Below are positions 30,128 through 37,574 of a stretch of 64,000 nucleotides of DNA, in pieces. How positions within the stretch are numbered: position 1 is the first letter of the stretch; every line of letters starts with the position of its first letter. Both the position numbers and the translations under genes were made by a program. The notes under the pieces are model-generated. The model saw only the letters and a list, made by a program, of their open reading frames with translations. It ran no database searches and was not told the origin of the DNA. Source of the DNA: Myxococcales bacterium (lineage in GTDB: Bacteria; Myxococcota_A; Polyangia; Haliangiales; SHYZ01); NCBI GenBank assembly GCA_009692535.1, contig SHYZ01000003.1:1277-65276 (forward strand), written 5' to 3'.

Positions 30128-30250
30128 GGCGAGGGACCGTAGCCCGCGTGGCAGCCGGGCGCCAATGCGTGCGGAGTCGCACGCGCCGCGGTCCCGCGGT
30201 GGCGCGGCGACATCGAGTCGTGCGAGGCTCGCCGCAGACTTGGAGGTCGC

Positions 30251-31162
30251 ATGAAAACCGCTGCTCGCTTCGCTCTGCTCCTCGTAGTACTCGGAACTTC
30301 TGCGTGTGGTGGAGGCGACGACGACGGACTGGCGGCCCCCGATGCCGGCACGCTGCCCGACGCTGCCGGCACGCTGCCCGACGCTGCCGGCCGTGCCGAC
30401 GCAGGCGACGGCTGGACCCGCATCATCACCGGCGAGTGGATGCTCGGCGCCGGTGGCGAGAACACCTCCGACCTCCACTTCACCACGCTCGATCGCGATT
30501 TCTACATCTCCGCGATCCGCCCGATCAACCCGATCGGCACGCACCACACCGTGCTCGCGCTCGACAACGGCGTGAACGCCAACATCGTCTACGCCTCGGG
30601 CGTCAACACCAACGCGCTCACCTTCCCGCCAGGCGTCGCGCTCAGGCTCCCCGCCGGCCAGTCGCTGATCCTGCAGCTCCACCTCTTCAACACCTCGGAC
30701 GCGGCGATCGCCGGCACCTCCGGCGTCGAGGTCCTCGAGATGGACCCCGCCGACGTCGAGCACGAGGCCGACCTCTTCCTCCCCGGCCCGGTCGACTTCA
30801 ACATCCCACCGATGCAGGAGTACACACACGGCGGCACCTGCACCTCGACGATCGACCAGACGGTGTTCGCGATCTTTCCGCACATGCACCAGCTCGGCAC
30901 GCACCTCAAGACCACGCTGACCGTCGGCGGCGTCGAGCGCGTGCTCCACGACGAGCCGTACGCGTTCGACCACCAGGCCTTCATCCCGTTCGAGCCGATC
31001 ACGCTCACCCCCGGCGACACGGTCCGCACCGAGTGCACCTGGAACAACCCCACGAGCGGCGCCGTCGGGTGGGGCGAGAGCTCGACCACCGAGATGTGCT
31101 TCTCGATCCTCTACCGCTACACCGAAGCCGCGCTGCCCGGCATCGAAATCTGCAACGAGTAG
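30251..31162 (+). CDS. PHM/DBH-like copper type II monooxygenase-domain lipoprotein
   Basis: Lipobox LGTSACGG. All six candidate copper ligands are present in order: GTHHTV (HH), LQLHLFN (H), PHMHQLG (HxH), STTEMCFSILY (M). Contains a 21-bp perfect duplication (GTLPDAA x2) at 30347-30388. Confidence 0.6.
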   Translation: MKTAARFALLLVVLGTSACGGGDDDGLAAPDAGTLPDAAGTLPDAAGRADAGDGWTRIITGEWMLGAGGENTSDLHFTTLDRDFYISAIRPINPIGTHHTVLALDNGVNANIVYASGVNTNALTFPPGVALRLPAGQSLILQLHLFNTSDAAIAGTSGVEVLEMDPADVEHEADLFLPGPVDFNIPPMQEYTHGGTCTSTIDQTVFAIFPHMHQLGTHLKTTLTVGGVERVLHDEPYAFDHQAFIPFEPITLTPGDTVRTECTWNNPTSGAVGWGESSTTEMCFSILYRYTEAALPGIEICNE

Positions 31163-31170
31163 AGTCGGCC

Positions 31171-32643
31171 GTGGCCTCGAGCGTCCCGCCGTCGGTCGAT
31201 GACGCTCGCGCCGCGGCGGATGTACTCGAGCGGCTGCTCGCCGACCCCGAGGTGTTCGCTCGGCTGCCGATCGAGACCCGCCAACGCCTGCTCGAGGCCG
31301 CTGGGCGCTTCTCCCGCCCTGACGTGACGATGCGCGTCCGGCTGAAGAAGCTGCGCCGTCGTATGGACCGCGCCGACCGGCGCGTCAAAGACGCCATCCT
31401 CGTCGACCGCACCGAGTTGCGCATTGCGCGACGCGCGCCGATCTATTTGCCCCCGCCGCTGCGCACAGCGGAGTGCGAGACCGACCATGCCGACGGTGCC
31501 GACCGTGCCCAGAGCACACTCGGCGAGCTGGCCGATGCGCGCAGCTGCTACGTCTGCAAAGTCCCCTATCGCCGCGTCCACTTCTTCTACGACTCGCTCT
31601 GCCCTGACTGCGGCGAGCTCAACCACAGAAAGCGCACGCAGTCGGTCCCGCTCCACGGTCGCGTCGCGATGGTCACCGGTGGGCGGATCAAGATCGGCTA
31701 CCAGACCGCGCTGCTGCTGCTGCGCGCTGGCGCCCAGGTGATCGTCACGACGCGCTTCCCCAACGACTCGGCGCTCCGCTTCTCGCGCGAGCCCGACTTC
31801 GCCGACTGGCAGGACCGGCTCCAGCTGCACGGACTCGATCTGCGCCACAGCCCCAGCGTCGAGCTATTCGCGCGCTGGCTGGCCGCGTCGATGCCTCGCC
31901 TCGATCTGCTGATCAACAACGCTGCGCAGACTGTCGCGCGTCCGACGGCGTTCTACGCGCACCTCATCGCTGCCGAGGCACGCCTTCCCGCCGAGCTCCC
32001 CGAGGCCGTGCGCCCGCTCCTCGCCGCACACACCGAGCTGCGCAAGGCGACCGGCCTCGCCACCGCCGGCGCGTGGCAACTCAAGGGTGCGTTCGAGGAG
32101 TCGCTACAATTCCCCGAGGGAGAGTTCGACGCCGATCTGCAGCAGATCGACCGACGCGAGGTGAACAGCTGGCGGCTCGAGGCCGGCGAGGTGCCGACTG
32201 CCGAGCTGCTCGAGGTGCACCTCGTCAACAGCGTCGCGCCGTTCCTGCTCACGAGCCGGCTCAAGCCGCTCCTGCGCCGCGCCGGCGGTGACAGCCACAT
32301 CGTCAACGTCTCGGCGATGGAGGCGCAGTTCTCGCGCCGCAAGAAGACCACGCGCCACCCGCACACCAACATGGCCAAGGCCGCACTCAACATGCTGACC
32401 CGCACCTCCGCCGAGGACTACGCGAAGGACGGCATCTTCATGAACAGCGTCGACACCGGCTGGGTCACTGATGAGGACCCGATGCACCACGCGGTGCGCA
32501 AGCGCGTCGAGCATGACTTTCATCCACCGCTCGACAGCGTCGACGGCGCGGCGCGGGTGCTCGATCCGCCGTTCGTCGGCCTGCAGACCGGCGTGCATCC
32601 GTGGGGGCAGTTCTTCAAGGACTACCGCCCGACCGGCTGGTAG
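31171..32643 (+). CDS. atypical SDR-family oxidoreductase with N-terminal CxxC...CxxC zinc-ribbon region
   Basis: VTGGRIKIGY Rossmann motif, INNAAQT, and SAME...HTNMAKAAL, where Thr occupies the YxxxK tyrosine position. CYVC...CPDC lies at 31546-31611. GTG start at 31171. Confidence 0.65.
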   Translation: MASSVPPSVDDARAAADVLERLLADPEVFARLPIETRQRLLEAAGRFSRPDVTMRVRLKKLRRRMDRADRRVKDAILVDRTELRIARRAPIYLPPPLRTAECETDHADGADRAQSTLGELADARSCYVCKVPYRRVHFFYDSLCPDCGELNHRKRTQSVPLHGRVAMVTGGRIKIGYQTALLLLRAGAQVIVTTRFPNDSALRFSREPDFADWQDRLQLHGLDLRHSPSVELFARWLAASMPRLDLLINNAAQTVARPTAFYAHLIAAEARLPAELPEAVRPLLAAHTELRKATGLATAGAWQLKGAFEESLQFPEGEFDADLQQIDRREVNSWRLEAGEVPTAELLEVHLVNSVAPFLLTSRLKPLLRRAGGDSHIVNVSAMEAQFSRRKKTTRHPHTNMAKAALNMLTRTSAEDYAKDGIFMNSVDTGWVTDEDPMHHAVRKRVEHDFHPPLDSVDGAARVLDPPFVGLQTGVHPWGQFFKDYRPTGW

Positions 32644-32653
32644 CCGTGGCTGC

Positions 32654-32697
32654 GGTGGCCGGGTGGCCGGGTGGCCGGGTGGCCGGGTGGCCGGTGG
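32654..32697. repeat. 8-bp microsatellite (GGTGGCCG)x5, G-quadruplex-capable
   Basis: Four GGG runs are separated by TGGCC (32661-32687) on the plus strand. It fills the gap between convergent stops at 32643 and 32698. Confidence 0.9.
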
Positions 32698-33579
32698 TCA
32701 GTCGACGCGAATGCCAGCGAGCAGTAGCTCGGTCCCGTCGGTGCCGCGGATGACCACGTCGATCGGCCGACCGGGCCGCACCAACGCACCGCGGATCACC
32801 AACACGCCTGCGCGGCCGCCGCCTGCCGGTAGGCGAGCGACCGTACGCTCGTCGGGCGCAGCCTCGGCGAACACGAGGTTGACCGGCAGCTCGGCGCCAG
32901 CCTGTCGCACGGTGACGCCCGCGAGCGAAAAGTCCGCGCGCCCCTGATTGGCGAGGGACAGCGCGACGTACAGATCCTCCCCGAGCCACGCGGTGCGCGT
33001 GACCCGCGCCGTGAGCGACTTGTGCTGGCCGTGGCCCCGCCCCTGCATCGATGCGCGCGCGAGCTTCACGTCCATGCGCGAAAGCAGCCGACGCGCGATC
33101 GCAACGTCGGTGCGCGCGCGGATCTCCTCATCGCAGCGGGTCCGCGCCGCGACCACTGCAGCGGGCTCGCCCCCCGTGAAAATCACCTGCGAGACCGCGT
33201 CGGCCTCGGCGCCGACCCGCAAGATCAGCGTGAGGTGCAGATGCTCGGTCTCGAGGTTGACGTTGGCGACGACGCGCCTCGAGGTGAGCGGCCGGATGGT
33301 GACCGTCTGCTTCTTCGCCTTGATGTCGAAGTTCTTCTGGTCTGACGCCACCGCCGAGACGACCGGCTCCGGCAGGTGAATCGTGGTCAGGAACTGCGGC
33401 GTCACGACGAGCTCGAACGCGCCCGACTGGCCCACCACCACCAGCTCGCGCGACAGGCCGGGCGCGGCTGGTCGCGCTCCCTGCTCCTCGGCGCCTGCAC
33501 GCCTGCCGTCGACGAAAAGGACGCAGACGACGCAGGCCGCCCACGCGAACTCGTGCACCGCGCGCTGGCCGCGCATCAC
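32698..33579 (-). CDS. hypothetical secreted/membrane protein, translationally coupled to the upstream Ser/Thr kinase (possibly DUF2381-like)
   Basis: The GTG/ATG start overlaps the kinase stop (G-TGA-TG). N-terminal hydrophobic segment AWAACVVCVLFV. The DUF2381 assignment is from memory of the myxobacterial kinase-adjacent paralogue family and is unverified. Confidence 0.5.
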   Translation of the reverse strand: MMRGQRAVHEFAWAACVVCVLFVDGRRAGAEEQGARPAAPGLSRELVVVGQSGAFELVVTPQFLTTIHLPEPVVSAVASDQKNFDIKAKKQTVTIRPLTSRRVVANVNLETEHLHLTLILRVGAEADAVSQVIFTGGEPAAVVAARTRCDEEIRARTDVAIARRLLSRMDVKLARASMQGRGHGQHKSLTARVTRTAWLGEDLYVALSLANQGRADFSLAGVTVRQAGAELPVNLVFAEAAPDERTVARLPAGGGRAGVLVIRGALVRPGRPIDVVIRGTDGTELLLAGIRVD

Positions 33580-35096
33580 GGCTCGACCTTGAGCTCACCG
33601 GACAGCGCGCCCCCGACCTCGACAGCGTGACCCTCGCGCTCCAAAATACGCGACGGCAGCGTCCCCGTAGGCGCCGTCTGGCTTAACGGCAGTGGCTCCA
33701 GCCGCAGCACGACCGGCCCGGGGTCCCCGGCGCGGACCTCGCGCGTCAGCGCGAAATATCCGTCGAGCTCTGCACGCAGCACGAAGCGACGCTCCGGCTC
33801 GACATCGCGCAGCTCGTACGGCGACACGCCCGGCTGCGCTCGCCCCGCGAGGTAGAGCCGCGCGTGTGTCGGCTCGACGGCAATCACCACCGTCACCGGT
33901 TGCGCCGAAGCGCGCGCGATCGGCAGCGTTGCCGACATTGCCACCGCCGTCGCCGCGACCGACTGCGCGCTCGGCACAGCCGTCGCCCGCGGCGCGTCAT
34001 CAGTCCCGTCCTGCCATCCGGTCCACGCGAAGACCGCGCCGACGATCGCCGTGCCACCGAACAGACTGCCGACCGCAGCCCGCCACCTTGGGCTCCGTGC
34101 CGGCGCGGCCCGAAGCTCGACCTCCCCCGCCATCGTCGGGCCGCTCGCCAGCGCCGGTACCGGAGCGGGGGTCGCGGACCGCTCGAGGCTCTCGACATGG
34201 CGTGCAGCGAGAAACTTCCGCAGGTCGAGCGAGTTCACCGCCCGTGCGCCGGGAATCGCGAGCAACGCTTCGAGCGCGAGCGCGGCGCTCGCAATTCGAG
34301 CGGCAGGCGCCTTCGCGACCAGCCGCCGGAGCAGCGCGTCGACCGCCGGCGGCGCGGTCACGCCCACCGACGCGAGCGCGGGCAGTCGGCAGTCGAGCGT
34401 CCGCTTCATCCGCACGACCTCGCTCTCGCCGTCGAAGAGCTTGGTCCCGACGAGCAGCTCCCACAGCACCAACCCGACCGCGAACAGGTCCGACTGTTGC
34501 GTCGTCGGCTGCCCCTCGAGCGTCTCCGGCGCGATGTACCCGGCCGTCCCCTTGAGGTCACTCACCGTCGGTCCGCGCTGGCCAAGCACCGCCTTCGCGA
34601 TGCCGAAGTCGGAGAGCTTGACGCTCCCCTCCGTCGAGACCAGCACGTTGTGCGGCTTCACGTCGCGGTGCACGAGACCGAGCGGGCGGCCGCTCGCATC
34701 GCGCCGCTCGTGCGCGTAGGAGAGCCCTTTCAACACCTCGGCCGCCACATAGAGCGCGAGCATGACCGGCAGCGGGCCGCCGGTGATGAGCTGGCGCAGA
34801 TCGCCGCCGCGGATCAGCTCCTGCTCGAAGTAGACCAGCCCCTCCTCGCGCCCGTAGGCGAAGACCGGGACGATGTTCGGGTGATCGAGCTGCGCCGCGA
34901 TGCGCGCCTCGGCGAGGAACAGCTCGGTGAAGCGATCCTGATCCGCGATTGTCGGGAGGATCACCTTGAGGGCGATCTCCTTGCTCCAACCGCCGTCGCC
35001 GAGCTTGGTCGCGCGCCAGACCTCGCCCATGCCGCCGCGGCTCACGAGCTCTTCGAGCCGATACGCTCCAAACCCCTGTCCCGCCTTCAGCAACAT
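33576..35096 (-). CDS. serine/threonine protein kinase with TM segment and PEGA-like extracellular domain
   Basis: GGMGEVW...ALKV (ATP site), HRDVKPHNVL (catalytic loop), DFGIAK, GTAGYIAPE. TM segment AAVGSLFGGTAIVGAVFAW. The C-terminal VVIAVEPTHARLYLAGR...GYF region is PEGA-like. Confidence 0.85.
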   Translation of the reverse strand: MLLKAGQGFGAYRLEELVSRGGMGEVWRATKLGDGGWSKEIALKVILPTIADQDRFTELFLAEARIAAQLDHPNIVPVFAYGREEGLVYFEQELIRGGDLRQLITGGPLPVMLALYVAAEVLKGLSYAHERRDASGRPLGLVHRDVKPHNVLVSTEGSVKLSDFGIAKAVLGQRGPTVSDLKGTAGYIAPETLEGQPTTQQSDLFAVGLVLWELLVGTKLFDGESEVVRMKRTLDCRLPALASVGVTAPPAVDALLRRLVAKAPAARIASAALALEALLAIPGARAVNSLDLRKFLAARHVESLERSATPAPVPALASGPTMAGEVELRAAPARSPRWRAAVGSLFGGTAIVGAVFAWTGWQDGTDDAPRATAVPSAQSVAATAVAMSATLPIARASAQPVTVVIAVEPTHARLYLAGRAQPGVSPYELRDVEPERRFVLRAELDGYFALTREVRAGDPGPVVLRLEPLPLSQTAPTGTLPSRILEREGHAVEVGGALSGELKVEP

Positions 35097-35354
35097 CCCA
35101 AGTTCATCTCAACTGGATCGACTCAACCACGCAAGGGGCGGTCGCTAGTCCGGTGCGATTCCGTAGCGTCGGACTCGGGCGGAACGGGCGGAACGGGCGC
35201 AACGGTTCGACGGCTGGACTCACGCACCGCCGCCGCAGGCCAAGGTGAGTCCCGTCGCGCACCCGCGCACCTGGCCTACGCCAATCCCGCTGCCGCTTCG
35301 TCCGTGCCGCCCTGCCGCGCCGACGCTACGGCACCGCACCCTCGCGCGCCGGCA

Positions 35355-37208
35355 TCATTCAATGACGGGGAGACAGATGCCGCCCTCGCAGAATTCCCCG
35401 CTCGGGCAATCGCCGTCGGCGGAGCAAGGCTGGCGCTCGACGTTGGTGACCCACTGCGCGATGTGGTTGCCGCTGCCGAGCTCTTGGAATGGCAGCCGGA
35501 ACGCGGTGAAGCTCGGGTCCTCGCCGGCGGCGGCGCGCTGCGGATCGAACCCGGCCATCCAGAGCTGCGCGGTCATCCCCGACGGGAGCCGCAGCCCGTA
35601 GGCGCGTCGGCTCGAGAAGGTGAACCACATGACCGAGCCGCCGCGGTACGGCTGCACGTCGGGCGCCCACTTGGGCCACGAGTCGCCGCCGGTCGACGCT
35701 ATCGACATCGGGATCGGCGTGCCGCCAGTGGCGCCGACGACCCACACCTGCGCGTCGGGCGCGTCGAACGAGTTGACGTTGGAGGGCGAGCGATTGAACA
35801 TCACCCACGCGGTGTCGGGCGAGAACGCGGGGTAGTAGTTGTTCTGCCCGCTGTACGGGACGATGGTCGCCGCCGGCCCCCAGCTCGCGCCGTCGAAGTC
35901 GATCACCTCGAGGCTCCCCTGGTCGACGCCGGGGGCGCCGCAGAAGCCGCCGAAGCAGGGCACCGCGACGCCGGGCCGCGAGTAGACCAGCTTGGCCCCG
36001 TTCGCCGACCAGTCGGGCATCGTGCCCTGCGCGACGAGGCGCTCGATGATCGCGGCGCCCGAGGTGGAATTGCGCCACGCGATGTTCGCGCCGTTCGACG
36101 ACATGATCTGCGTCGAGTCGGGCGAGAAGGAGAAGAAGTTGGCGCCGCCGCCGAACATCGAACCCTGCGCGTAGATCTGCGCGCGGGTGGCGACGTCGAA
36201 GACTTTGTAGGGCGAGGGCGCGGGGATGTCGAGCCCGACGGCGATGCGCGTGCCGTCGCGCGACATCGCGTGACAGCCGACGCAGGTCATCGCGCCGGCC
36301 CGTGAGGCGTCGAGGAAGTTCTCCGCCTCCTGGCCGCGCCGGCCGAAGTCGTAGCGACGGATCGCGCCGACGGCAGCGTTCCAGTAGTAGAGGCCGCCGA
36401 CGATGTCGACCTCGCCGAACGAGATCGCGCGGGACGCCGAGTGGCCGACGCCGCCGGGCGCGCCACCATCGACGCCGGCGAGGCTGTAGGTGACCGGCGC
36501 GGTGCCGCGCTCAGCGTCGGCGAGCAAGCGCCAGGTGGCCTCGTCGGGCGTGTAGGCGCAGCCCCCGCCGAGCGGCGAGCAGCCGAAGTAGACCTCGAGC
36601 TGCAGCAGGGTCCCCTCGAAGCTCAGCCGGAAGAGCGTGTTGCCGGCGCCCGGGAGAAAGTGGAACTCGAGCTCGTTGAGGTTCGGCGGAACCAGCGTGC
36701 CGTCATCGGGGTAGACGAGCGCGGGCGCGTTCGCCGGCGCGTCGGGGCCGCCAAAGAGCGTGGCCGCGTTGGGGGGCGCGCCGGGGCCGATCACGATCGT
36801 GCGCAGGTGGAGCGTGAGCGCGGCCTGCGCGGTGCGACCGCGGGCCATCGCAAAGACCAGCGTGCGCCCGGCGCGGGAGGTCGAGGAGGTGAAGTGCGCG
36901 CCGGCGAACGTGCCGAACGTTGGGTCGGCGAGCGAGAAGACCGCCTCGGTCGTGACGTCCTCGTCGGTGCCGTCCATGCCGGTGTAGATCGCGCGGTAGT
37001 CGAGCTCGGCCGGCATGTCCAGCTCGATCGCGAACTCGCTGGAACCCGGCTCGAGCCGAAGCGAGCCCAGCGGTGGGGGCGTACCGCCGTCGATGCGCGG
37101 CGGGGGGATGTTGCCGTCGGAGCCGACCGGCGGCGGGTCGGAGAGCGACGGGCCGCAGCCGACTGCGAAGAGCGACAGCAGGAGACCGAGTACGGCAGAA
37201 GTGCGCAT
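35355..37208 (-). CDS. TolB-like (PD40 beta-propeller) lipoprotein with one CxxCH motif and a Cys-rich C-terminus
   Basis: Lipobox LFAVGCGP. PD40-like repeats: FSPDSTQIM, WSANGAKLVY, FSPDTAWVMF. Contains MTCVGCHAM. C-terminal CSADGDCPSGEFCEGGICLP. Confidence 0.6.
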   Translation of the reverse strand: MRTSAVLGLLLSLFAVGCGPSLSDPPPVGSDGNIPPPRIDGGTPPPLGSLRLEPGSSEFAIELDMPAELDYRAIYTGMDGTDEDVTTEAVFSLADPTFGTFAGAHFTSSTSRAGRTLVFAMARGRTAQAALTLHLRTIVIGPGAPPNAATLFGGPDAPANAPALVYPDDGTLVPPNLNELEFHFLPGAGNTLFRLSFEGTLLQLEVYFGCSPLGGGCAYTPDEATWRLLADAERGTAPVTYSLAGVDGGAPGGVGHSASRAISFGEVDIVGGLYYWNAAVGAIRRYDFGRRGQEAENFLDASRAGAMTCVGCHAMSRDGTRIAVGLDIPAPSPYKVFDVATRAQIYAQGSMFGGGANFFSFSPDSTQIMSSNGANIAWRNSTSGAAIIERLVAQGTMPDWSANGAKLVYSRPGVAVPCFGGFCGAPGVDQGSLEVIDFDGASWGPAATIVPYSGQNNYYPAFSPDTAWVMFNRSPSNVNSFDAPDAQVWVVGATGGTPIPMSIASTGGDSWPKWAPDVQPYRGGSVMWFTFSSRRAYGLRLPSGMTAQLWMAGFDPQRAAAGEDPSFTAFRLPFQELGSGNHIAQWVTNVERQPCSADGDCPSGEFCEGGICLPVIE

Positions 37209-37574
37209 GCGGCGAGCAGAGCATCGGGCCGCTGCCGTGACAAGAGCCGGGGCACGGTCGGGGCACGGTCGGGGCACGGTCGTGTCGTAGCTCAGTGAAG
37301 CTGGCACCCCTCACCTGCTCAGTGAATCTGTCCCCCCCTGCGCGGCCGTGCTCATGGCAGTGCAGACTCGAAGTGCGTCGCCGCGGACCTGCGTCGCCGC
37401 GGACCTACGTCGCCGCGGACGGTCGCTGCCAGCGGAGGACAGGACCTGCGTCGCCACGGGGACACGAGACGCGTGTGCCGCCAGACACGGCCCAGCCAAG
37501 TGGTCGGCACGACATGGGTTCCGGCTGGCGCGCCGGTTGCTCCTCCCCTCGCCGAACGCCCCCTGGAGGACCCA

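Noticed and set aside
30128-30973. N-terminal 282 codons of ORF 29438..30973
   Set aside because: It is antisense to the PHM-like lipoprotein gene. The Aat homology begins only near the GTG at 30127.
35355-37208. CVGCH motif as evidence for a c-type cytochrome
   Set aside because: A single CxxCH in a 617-aa Cys-containing propeller protein can arise by chance. I noted it in the feature evidence but not as a cytochrome call.
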